Source of the DNA: Emiliania huxleyi CCMP1516
Taxonomy: Eukaryota
Length of the DNA: 46,467 nucleotides
Reading direction: 5' to 3'
Assembly (NCBI RefSeq): GCF_000372725.1
Contig: NW_005201349.1
Coordinates: 202,323-248,789 of the forward strand
Below the pieces are notes generated by a model. The model was not told the origin of the DNA and did no database searches. It saw nothing but the letters and a program-made list of their open reading frames with translations. Positions within the stretch are counted from its first letter, which is position 1, and every line of letters begins with the position of its first letter. Of the stretch, positions 8,703 through 19,199 are shown piece after piece. The translations under genes were made by a program, and so were the position numbers.

Positions 8703-11428
8703 TCCTGCCCCTCCTGCCCCTCGACCTCCACCCACACCTCCACACCCGCAACCACCACCCCGCTCCACCCACACCCCACCGCCCACCCGTGCCTCGACCA
8801 CGACCCCGCCCACCCGCCCCGCAGCGCGAGGACTACGACGCGGCAAAGTCGCTCAAAGACCAGATCCTCGCCCTCCGCTCCTCGGCCGGCGTGCCCGTCC
8901 CCACGCCGCCCCCACCCACCCTCGGACTCGGCTCGTTTGGCGGCGTGCCCGGCCGGCGCGCCGCCGCGCCGCCGCCCGCCTACGCAGGCGCGGCGGGCGG
9001 CGCGTCCCCCGAGCCGCCACCCGAGCTGCGAGCGGCGCGGCGAGCTGGCGGCGGCGCAGTCTGCAGAAAGAGCCCGCCCCCCCGGACCGCTCGCCGACCC
9101 TGCGCTCATAGGCGCAGCAGCGGATCGACGAGATGGCGCGAGACGCGATGGCGCGCCGCCCCGCCGAGCCAGCTCCTGCCCCGCCGCCGCCGCCCCACCC
9201 TCGCAGCCCGCCGCCGTCCGGCGCCGCCCGCGCCGCTCCTACGCCGCCGTTGGCCGGCGGGATTGTGCGGCCACCGTCCTCGAGGCAGCGGTCGCCGCTG
9301 CCACCGCCGCTCTCGCCGCCGCTGCCGCAGCCGTCGCCTCCGCCGTTAGCTTCGACAGGCGTGGCATCGCCAGCGGAGGAGCAGCAGCGGCGGCGGGAGC
9401 AGCAGCAGCAGCGGCGGCAGCAGCAGCAAGCAGAGCGACAGCGGGACGGCGGGGAGGAGCGGGGGGCGGAGCAGCAGAGGGGGGAGAAGCGTGGCGGCGG
9501 AGGCCCCGGAGGCGTTCGGCGCGCGACCAACCAGCGCGAGCACGACGAGCGACCGATCGCGGCGGCGCCTCTGTCCGGCGCGGAGAGCGAGGCGGCGGAG
9601 GGCGTGGACGACGTCCCTCCGCCCGAGCCGCTCGAGGCTGCGAGCCGCAAGGAGGCGGAGGCGTGCGGCTTGCTCGAGCTGTACGGTGCGGAGACATAGC
9701 CGAGACATAGCCGAGACATAGCCGAGACACAGCCGAGATTCCAACTCACTGTGCGGCGCGGAGACCCGAGAGCCCGTTCCCAAACCTTCCCGTCCTCCAC
9801 TAGTGTCCTCCTCTGAGCCGCCCCCTGCGCTCCCGCAGGCGAGGAGGTAGCCGCGCGCGTCTTCTCTCGCAGCTGGCAGGTGCGCCAGTCGGGTATGGCG
9901 GCCGCCGCGGCGAAGGCGCCGTCGCTCGTCGGCGAGCGGCGTGCCCTCGCCGCCGCCGCCAAGGTGATGCTCATCGGAGCATCGGACAAGATGGCGCGCC
10001 CTCAGCCTCGCAACAGCCGGCCGCCGCCGTTTCTCCGCCCGTCGCTCACCCGGCGTGTGCGCGCCGCGCCAGGTGAATGTGTTTCTCGCCTCGCTCGATG
10101 TGCTCGCGGCGCTCATCAGCTCGCCCGGCGCGCTCGGATCGCGCGACAGAGGGTCTGTTCACGACGCGTGCATGACGTGTCCTAACAATGTCGCACAGGC
10201 GCGCTCGGCTCGCGCGACGCGGAGCGAGAGCTGCGCCCGCTCCTCCTCTCCTGGCGAGACAAGCTCTCCGACTCGAACGGACGCGTGCGCGAGGCGGCCG
10301 AGGGCGCCCTCCTCGCCCTCTGCTCTCTGCCAGCGATCGGGCCCTCCGCCGTCGGTGCGTTGCTCGTCGCGCCGCTGCCGCCGGCCAAGCGGAACAGCTC
10401 GCAGGCGTGGCTCGGCCGGCTCGCGCCGCTGCAGCGCCTCCTGCGCGAGCATGGGCCGCAGGTGGTCGAGATGTCCGACAAAGACCACGACCCGTCCAAG
10501 ACACGTGTCCGCAACACGTCCATGACGTGCTTGGCAGGTGCGCGAGCTGTCCGACCCAGCTTTGCGGCTCGTCAAGGAGGCGCTCGGCTCTGCCTCGGGA
10601 CAGGCGTGGCTATCTTTCGGCCGCACCTCGGCCGCACCTCGGCCGCACCTCGGCCGCACCTCGGCCGCACGTCGGCCGCACCTCGGCTGAACCTCGGGGC
10701 AGGTGCGCGCTGAGGCAACCGAGGCGGCGCGCGAGCTCTTCGCGCTGGTCGGAGACATGCAGGTCTTCGCGAGGCAGCTTGCCGACCTCAAGCCGGCGCT
10801 GCGCGACCCGCTCCTCGCCTCGCTCGAGCAGCGCTCGGCCGAGCCGGCGAGCGAGTCTGGCGAGGGCGGCCGCCGACGCGGCGGCGGCGGCGGCGGCGGA
10901 GGGCGGGGGCGGAGTCCTGCGCTGCAAGGGCCGCTCTCTTCATCCGGCGTGCGAGAGGGCGGCGAGGAGGCGGGCGGGTTCGAGGTCGGGCCTGACCAGT
11001 GCCAGTTTTGCTTGCGGCGCGACGCGGCGTGGGTGAGCGAGGAGGCGCTCGACCTCCACTTTTGGAAGGAGTGCCCGCTCCTCACCTCGTGCGAGCAGTG
11101 CGGGCAGGTGGGAGCCCCGCCCCGCCGCCCACCGCTGTGGCGCCTCGATGAAGCCCCCCCCCCCCACACACACCCACCCACCCACCCCTCCTCCCCGCCT
11201 CCCTCCCACCCGCCGTGCCAGGTGGTCGAGGCTGCCGGCCTTAACGAGCACCTCCTCTCCGAGTGCGACTGCTCGAAGCCCTTCCGCTACGGTCCGCCGC
11301 TCGGCGAGGACGCGGAGTACGTCGGCTGCCCGTTTTGCCAGCAGCCACTGCCGTCGGACATCGACGGTTTGCGGCGCCACCTCGCCCATGAGTGCGCCGC
11401 AAACCCGCGCCTCATGGACCAGCAATAG
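7583..11428 (+). CDS. CEP104: Centrosomal/ciliary-tip protein CEP104 homolog, multi-exon
   Basis: N-terminal jelly-roll (RGWQSSRFCDFPQ|EIVL..LLSHQFKIATRIELF..FQARELKTVYV), UVR-like coils (EEYEHAKALK, EDYDAAKSLK), TOG/HEAT segment (DKLSDSNGRVREAA) and C-terminal Zn fingers (CQFC..LDLHFWKECP, LNEHLLSEC, CPFC). Inferred introns include 7712-7775, 10128-10198 and 10462-10537; several others are GC-AG. Confidence 0.92.
10618..10697 (+). repeat. Intronic 11-bp tandem repeat (GGCCGCACCTC)n
   Basis: About 6 copies inside a CEP104 intron. A similar (AGCCGAGACAT)n array lies at ~9692-9738. Confidence 0.9.
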
Positions 11429-11575
11429 CGAGCGGCCAGGTCCGCAGCGGGGACGCGATCGCGCTCGGCTCTTCCCCCGAAACCCTGCTGTGCCTGTGAG
11501 CTGTGATTGTAATTTTCAATTTTCAAAAAATTATCTGACTTCAAAACTCTGCACAGACCCAAAACACATACTCGC

Positions 11576-14439
11576 TCAGGACATGATGCCGAGCCAACAG
11601 CGCTGGTAGCGGTCGTAGCAAGTCGTCGTCCAGTGGTCGATCGACCGGCCAATCATCTCGTCAACGTGCCGCGCGCACTGCCACCGCGTCATCTCGGGCT
11701 GGAAGCGCGACCGTAACCCGTCGACCGCCGCCTGCAATCAGGGCCAACGGGGACGGCTGATGGAGTCACCCGGAGAGCTGGCAGGCGCTTGTGCCAAGCA
11801 CCTGCCCGGCGGTGAAGCACGGCATATCGCGGCCGGCGCCGTGCAGCGTGAGCTGGGCGAGCGCGATGAGCTTGTCCGCGTGCTTGCGCGCGGCGAGGAA
11901 TCCCTTAATGACGAGCTCGCGGAAGCGGAGGAAGGTGGAGGAGCGGGCGCCGCCCATCAGGTCGACGTACTCTGAGGTGAGCTTGAAAGGCGCCGCCTCA
12001 AAGTTTATGTTGCCACCAGGCGAGTTGGAGAGGAGGAACCCAAAGTCGATGTGGACGATAGCGCCGTCGGCGCGCAGCAAGATGTTGCCGTTGTGCCGGT
12101 CCTTGATCTGCAGCAAGTAGGTGACCACCGCCCAAGCCGCACATGACGAGCAGAAGGCGCGCTCGGCCCTGCGATGCGCGCGGCTGCTGCGCGGCCCAAA
12201 CGCGCGGCGGAAGAGGTCTGCGAGCGCCGGCGGCGGCGTGCTGCGCCGCTTGAGGCCGTCGATCGAGTCTGCTCCCGTGACGAGCTGCACGAGGCCGGCG
12301 TCGGGCGCCGTCGCAAAGATCTCGTACGCGTGCAGAGAGAGCGGCAGCCGCGCGGCGTCAAAGATGTCCTGAAACGCGCAGATGAGCTGCACCGCAAACT
12401 GCTCCTGCAGCAGCGAGTCGCCCGTCTTGACGAGGCACGGCAGGATGCGGTAGCAGAAGCCAGCCGCTGCCGCCCCCGCCGCCGCCTCGTGCCTCGCCAC
12501 CAGCCGCGCGCGCTTCTCGGCCCATACCTCCGAACCGCCGCCTAACCGCAATCGTATCACGCTCCGAACCGCACGCGTCCACGTCCGCGCCTCCCCAGCG
12601 AGCGCCTTCCGCGGCGGTCTCCCGGCCGGCAGTCCGACGGTCCGAGTCAACCTCCTCCGACCCGCCCCCCGCCCCGCCCTCGCCCTCCTCGCCGCCCCCC
12701 TCCCCCTCGCCCGCCGCAGGCGGAGGATCAGCATCCTCCGCACCCGCGCCCGCCGCACCGGTCGACTGGCCCTCTTCGGCGGCGGCGGCGAGCGGCGCCG
12801 TTCCGCCGCCGCCCCACGTCGCCGCCGCCCCACCGCCCCGCGGCCCGCCTAATAGTGCCGAGCGCACCGCAAGTGTGAGTCTGCCACCCCCGGGCCACTC
12901 ACCAGCCATTCTTCATCAAGGCGTCGCCTCGCTCGCCCAACGCGCTGAGCGCCTCCGCCTTGTCCTGCAGCCGCCGGATCCACGCCTCCACCTGCTCACG
13001 CGAGGGTGGCTGATGTCGACTCGAGAGTAGCCGAGATGTAGTAGGTTCACGCCCCCACCTGTTCACGGCGCGAACCCGTGAGTTGCCGCCGCCACGCAGC
13101 CTCGGACCGCCTCTTTGTCGGCCTTTGCGGATGTGCGCGGGGGCGCCGTCGCGGGCAGCGGCAGCAAGACGGGAAGGTGCAGAATCACGGGGCAGTGGGC
13201 GTTGGTTGAGATGGCGACGGCCTCGGAGGGGAGGAGGGCCTGAGGGACGGGGGCGTGCCGGGGACTGAGGGAGGGATGTGGGACGTGTCTGAGGGACGTG
13301 TCAGGGAGGGGGAGGGGGGGGCGGGGGAGCCTCGAGCGAGTGATGCCGCAAAGCGTGTGGAGCGACAGGCAGCCACGCGCCCCGGACGGCGTCAGAGGGG
13401 ACAGCCTCGAGGGCAGCCACGAGCGCGGCCTGCCGCTCGGGCCTAGGCAGCCGCTCGAGCTCGCCGCACGCCGCGCAGAGCCGGCCGACCAGGCCAAGGC
13501 TCAGCTTCAGTCGTGCAGAGCAGCTGCTCTCTCCTCCCCCTCCGCTCTCCCCGCCCCCTCTGCTCTCCCCGCCCCCTCTGCTCTCTCCTCCCCCTCTGCC
13601 CTCTTCCGCTGCCACCGAGCTGCACCGCTCGCTCGAGCCAGAGCCTCCGCCGCCAACAGCGCCGGTGGCAGCGGCGGCGGCGGGAGCGCCAGCAGCGGGC
13701 GTCGCCTCTGCTGCTGCTGCTCCTCCTCCCGCCACTGTGTCCGGGCCCGCGTAGAGGGAGGAGAAGGCGGAGCGGTTGGACTCTCTCCCCGCCCCTCTCC
13801 CCGCCCAATCGGGGTGGGTCGCTCCCGCGTCGGCGGCGGCGAGGGCGACCACAACCGCCTCGGTGAGCGACAGAGCAGCGTCCCGCCCGCGCGCTGCGTC
13901 CGCCGCAACCGCTCGCAGGTACCAGCACACATGCAGCGCCACCGGCTGCGAGCCTACGAATTCATGAGTGAACGCGTTCGATGATTGACAACTGCGATTC
14001 AGGACAGTGACACCGGCTCGCGGCCGACGCAGCGCGCGAGGAGGAAGCGGCGCAGCAGGACCCGGTCGGACGGTGCGAGCGAGCCCACGCCGAGGACGAG
14101 CACGTCGCACAGCTGCGGTAGCAGCCGCACGACCGCACGCTCGTCGAGCGACTGCTCGCAGTGCAGCAGCAGCTCGGCGAACCCGTCACCGCCGCACAGC
14201 AGGTGCGACACACAGCTGTGAGAGACGTCAAGCCGGCGGAGCGGCGGAGCGGTCGCGTTGAGCTGCTGCTTGCGCAGCCACGCCGCCACCGCGCGCTGCT
14301 GCGCGTTGAGCCACGTCCGCGCCTTTGCCACGTTGTCACCGCCGTCCTCGCGGATGGACTCGAACGTGCTGAGCAGACGGTCGAGGTGTTCCGGCGTAGC
14401 AATCTCACGGGTCGGGGTCCACATCGGGTCGGTGGCCAT
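11576..14439 (-). CDS. PI4K: Phosphatidylinositol 4-kinase (Pik1/PI4K-beta type), multi-exon
   Basis: Catalytic motifs VKTGDSLLQEQFAVQLI, YLLQIKDRHNGNIL, HIDFGFLL and FEAAPFKLT. C-terminus ..TTCYDRYQRCWLGIMS* follows intron 11801..11732. The N-terminal helical (PIK-like) region has intron 14024..13954. Confidence 0.92.
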
Positions 14440-14728
14440 GCACTGGCTCCCTGTGACCGGAGATGGCCTGCGCAGCCGCTAAGCAACCGCTAGCCCGTGC
14501 AGCGACCGGGGGTCGCCGAGGAGCAGAGCAAACGGGCCCCTAGCGGGCCGCCGCGAAGGCGCAAGAAGAATTTTACAACCCTCGCGTAAGCAAGAAATTC
14601 AAAAGGCCGCGCTGCGCACGGGACTGGCGCGCACTGGCACTAACACAGGTACACCACGCAAGAATTCGTTTGCGCCTGCAGAGCGGCATGGGCCGTGACG
14701 CCCTCGCGGGGAGGGGGGGGGGGGGGGA

Positions 14729-15397
14729 GGCGCGGTCGGCGCGACGTAGCCGACCTGCATGCATGCCCGCTCTAGCCTCGCATATCACTTCCTGTCGTCT
14801 GTTTGTTTGTTGTGCCCTTGTTTGTACTCTTGGCACCGTGGAGTGCTGGGGGGGGCGACAGGGAGGATGTGGCCTTGAGTTATGTGTTTGCCGACTCAGG
14901 GTGTGTGGCAGCCAGCTGGCTGTGTGTCTTGTGAGCTTGTTTGTGTCTGTGTGTCGCTCGTGCGTGTCGTCATCATCTGTCCAGCGTCCACCCATACCGC
15001 GTTGGTGTCCAGTCCGAGCCTGGCTGTTCTTCACCTTACACTACCTACCTACCTACCTGCATGCGGACGGCGGCACGCGACGCCGGCGCGACGGCCGTCA
15101 TCGGCGCGTGGAAGCCGAGCGAGAGCGGTGCAAGGGCGGAGAGGACCATGACTTCGAGGATCTGCCAGATCGAAGCTCGTGAGATGTCATCTGAGACTTT
15201 TTGGAGACCTTCGATAGAAGCTCGTCTGCATTCTTTTTCTCAGGGCGAGTCGCTCGACGCCATTCTCTTTCTCAGGGCGAGTCGCTCGACGTCATTCTAA
15301 AATGGAGACCGCAACGGACGGAATCTGAACGGAATTCACAGGCTGTGCGCGGGTCGCGGGGTCTTCGCCGACAGAGACAGGTCGCGGCAGGGTCGCG
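14729..15397 (-). pseudogene. Inverted, truncated duplicate of the promoter and exon 1 of the gene at 24759, interrupted by a retroposon
   Basis: Reverse complement of 24290-24877 (MVLSALAPLSLGFHAP..RMQ|VGYVAPTA). It has only 2 promoter repeat units and no exon 2. Confidence 0.85.
14763..15054 (+). mobile_element. Short non-LTR retroposon insertion (SINE or 5'-truncated LINE) with (CTAC)n tail and 10-bp TSD
   Basis: ACCTGCATGC occurs at 14753-14762 and 15055-15064. The empty site is seen in the paralog near 24844-24853. The 31-nt 3' segment recurs at 39034-39064 with the same tail. Confidence 0.85.
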
Positions 15398-15686
15398 GAA
15401 AATCGTTGAGGGACGGCTCCGTCCGATCCTCTACTTCGTTTCTCCCACGCTCAAGCCTTGGGGATCAAACACGGCGAAAGGGATCCGTCCAAAGAGGACT
15501 CCGTGCGTCCTTCCGCCACGTGCACAATAACGTCGCAAGGGCAACAACCTCGGCTCGGAGCCTACCGGTTCGCTGCGCCATGCCGCAGGTCGGACCCGCG
15601 CGACCCTCCCTCTCCCAACTCCAAACCTTGCTCCACGCAGGCCACAACCTCAACTCCTTGCTCCTCCCGCGCTTTCGCGCTCCACA

Positions 15687-16738
15687 ATGTCGTCCACCAG
15701 CTCGCACCCACGCACCTCTCAAGCCGCGGCGCTCGACACGGCGGCGCAGGCTCAGAGGCCGTCGGTCAAGAAGGGGGTCTCGTTCTTCGTCTCCACCGCG
15801 CCGGAGCGCTCGGCTCGCCTCTCGTCCAACCGCGGGTCCGCGCGAAGCGGCAAGAGCCGCCGCGGCAGCGCCGCCGCCGCCCCCGACAAGCGTGAGAGGC
15901 GCTGCTGGAGCTTCCTGACGATCTGCCGGTTCATGGTGCGGCTGCGGCGGTTCTCGGTGCTCAAGGACGCCCCGGTTGAGCCGGAGGAGCGCCACAAGTA
16001 CTGGCGCGTCCTCCACGCCTCCTCCCACCAGAAGAAGCTCTGCCGGAGGGGCGGCTTCCTCGGAGCAAACAAAGGGACCTTCCAGCCTCGCGCGCTCGTT
16101 CTTCACTCGAAGAGCCTGGCCTACCAGCACGAGGACGGGACGCGCGTCCGCAGCATCGGCTTTGCCGATGTCGTCAAGGTGCAGCGGCTCAAGGCGCAGC
16201 GGCAACCGGCGCGCTCTGCCGCGGCGTCGCGACGCCGGCGGCCGGTCCCTCGGCGCAACGGTTCGGCTGGATCATCCGCCTGCGCGACGGCAACGACCTG
16301 ACGTTCCAGTGTATGAGCGAGGAGCACCGCGACGCGTGGGTGCTGTGCGTGCGCAACAACCTCCACGCCTGGGCCCGGCAGCGATGGCTCTCCTCGGTCC
16401 TCTGCTGCGAGTGCCACGGCGTCCTGTCGAGGCAGAAGGCACCCGCGTTGCGGCGGTCCTCGAGCGTCCGCTCCATGGTGACGCTCGCGCGCCTCTCCGA
16501 GGGCAACCACTGCTGCGACCACCCCGAGTGCGACTTGGGCCCCTGCCACTGCGGCCACCCCGAGGGCGACAGCGACGGCCCCCGGCGCTGCGCGGGCGAC
16601 GGCCTCGCGGGCTTCCCGCCCGACGACGACCAGGGCGACGAGCAGGCGGGCTGGGCGGACCGCGTCGACGCGGCGCCCAAGCAGCCGCGGCGGACGCGGG
16701 TCTCCAGCGCGTACGCCCTCGCCGTCGCCCGGGTGTGA
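15687..16738 (+). CDS. PH-domain protein with a frame interruption at ~16194-16258
   Basis: KKLCRRGGFLGANKGTFQPRALVLHSKSLAYQ..SIGFADVVKVQRL continues in another frame as RFGWIIRLRDGNDLTFQCMSEEHRDAWVLCV (PH C-terminal helix Trp). Confidence 0.7.
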
Positions 16739-17692
16739 CGCCCTGGATGCGATCGAGCGCGCGTCTGGCTCGTGTCTCTCGTGTCTCGGGCTCTCTCGGC
16801 TGCGTGGGTGGCATTGGCTCTGGTGGCTCCCCGAGGAGCGAGATCTGTCCCTCTCGCCGCCCGTTTGTCCACTGCATGCACCTCGGAGCGGCTAGTCGAC
16901 CGGTGTGTAGGAGTGTGTAGCGCTGCCGCCTGCCCGCGCGCGCTGCCTCCCGCCGGAGTGTGACGTGTCTTAGCTCTTGTAAACAAAAAAAGACCCTATT
17001 CTACGTTATGTGCCGCTGCGCAGTCCCGTTACGAATAAACCACGACTCGCTGGCCGTTACAGTTGCTATAGCTAGACCCGAACTCTTATGGAGAACGCCG
17101 AATGCCACAGAACACGATGGAAGGTCACCACACCAAACCGGGCGCTAGGAGAGGTGAACTGAAGGCGAGACAACGGAGGCCGAGCCTGAGTGGGCGCCGC
17201 CCGCGCGCCCCCACACAAGCAAGCCTCTGTCCTTCGGCCCACTCCAGCGATCGTCCGTGGATGACCGCGAATAACACGAGCCGAATTATGCCCACACTCA
17301 CCACCCGACCCCCCTCTAGGGACAGCAGTGCGCATCTCTTCCCGGAGAGGGAAGGAGGGGGGGGGGGGGATCAGAGAGCCAGAGGGTAGGGAGTACCCCG
17401 ACGGACGCGAGTCGGGGGGAAAGCGAGACGAGAGATTTAAGGCGAACTTCATCGCCCGTCCAGGAGCCCCGCATTAGGTAGCGACCCCAGTTTAAGAGCT
17501 AGGCTTCCCGACAGGGCAGGGAACCCCCAGCGCGCAGGCGGGGCCCACGGTAGCCTCGTGCAGTACGCGATACCGAGAGCTGGGGGAGAGGCGCGCCACG
17601 CCAAGGGGGACGAGCGACGGGAGGGGGAGAGTAGTGTCTTTCGCAGGCTAACAAGCATTTCTTTTTTAGTTGTTATAGCTGGCCGTACCTGC

Positions 17693-17921
17693 CTTGGCGA
17701 CTCCAACAAGCGTACCCAGTACCCCCACCCCCTTCCCCAATTCACGTGAGCGACACACTGACTTTTGAGAGAGGGACACTGTGAGCGACACACTGACTTG
17801 AGAGAGGAACGCTTCGGCGCTTCGGCCGCAGCGCGGCGCGCTCTCCACCATGATCGGTCTTCTGCCTCTTCCACCTCCGATTTGCCGGCGCACTCGACCG
17901 TCTCGAGGACGGTGTCGTTGT
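17693..17921 (-). repeat. Inverted diverged copy of the 3' end and 3' flank of the FYVE gene (21861-~22050)
   Basis: Reverse complement reads ACAACGACACCGTCCTCGAGACGGTCGAGTGCGCCGGCAAATCGG..CTCTCTCAAGTCAGTGTGTCGCTCA. Confidence 0.85.
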
Positions 17922-19199
17922 GTGTACATGTATGTTGATAAATCTAGATAAGAGAGAAAGGTGAATGAAGCACATTAGGCCGGACTGGACACTAGCGCGG
18001 TAAAGGGTGGACGCGGGAGAGAGGAGATGACTGGCACGAAACACGGAAACTCACCGGATTTTTTATTCTTTCTTGTGTGCCGATGTGTGTGCTAGTGTGC
18101 GCCAGTCCACGCCCTTCTCGTGCCAGTGTGCTGTGAGAGAGGCGGGCTAAGAATTGTTTCTTGTCGTGACAGTGCTGGGTTCCAACTTTTTGCGGGGTAT
18201 GGTATAATGGTAATGGTCCCATCCCGGCCCAAAGCGCAAAGGGTGAGGGGTCGAGGTATGGTCCTAACCGCCCAAGACTAGCCCTCGACAGGGGTGAGGG
18301 GGTATGGTCCCTCGGCCCTTCCCTCTACTGCCGCCGCCGAGGTAGGAGCACGCGCCTGTGTGGCTGTGTCGCGGAGCTGCTGCAGCCTGCTCCGCGCTCC
18401 ACTTTCGCCGACACCCTTCTGGTTGCGGAGCGCCTCAATGTCGCGCGAATTAACATAGCCGTCGCTCAGAATGCTCGGCCAGATCTCGAACGCCAGCCGT
18501 CCAAGTTGGATGTACTACAAGTCCCCCGAGATTGCGCCGCTGGCATAGCCAGCCAACCCGCTCGAGGGACGAGGCGAACACCGGCGAGGCGACCGCTCCG
18601 GAGCGGGGGCACCCGCCGGAGGGGCACCCGCCGGCACGGCGATGCCGACGGAGGACCTCGCCGGTGTGGTGGCCCGCGGGGCGGGCGTCGCAGCGGCCAC
18701 CAGAGCCGCCCGCGCGGGGACGGCCGGCGCGGCGCCTGCTATGCGGGGTGCGGCGACCGGCGCGGGTGCCGCGCCCGCCGCTCGCCAGGCGATGCCAACT
18801 TCGCCGCCGCGCTCTAGACGAGCACTGGCCGGTGCTGGCGTGGACGACGGCGGCCATCCGCGCGTATCTAGTGTGCGTGTTGGGAGAGAGAGAATTTTTT
18901 TGAGGTTCTTGCGTGTTGCTGTTGAAGTCTGCAGCCTCCTCCTGGAGCCTAGCAGTAAGGCGGCCGGCGGTGGGGGGGGTGGGGGGGGTATGGTCCTGTC
19001 GGCGGGAGGCTTGGTCTGCACCCTACCTTACCCCGCAAAAGTCCGAACCCTGTACCCAGGAAAAGCGCGGCGAGACGCTTTGTTCGACGCTTTGCCCCTG
19101 GCGGAGGTCCTGACTCCGGCCTCAGCCCTCCAGCGGCACCGGCGCACCAGCAGCCTGCTCACACGAGAGCGGCGGAGACAGCGAGATCGGCCAGACGTG

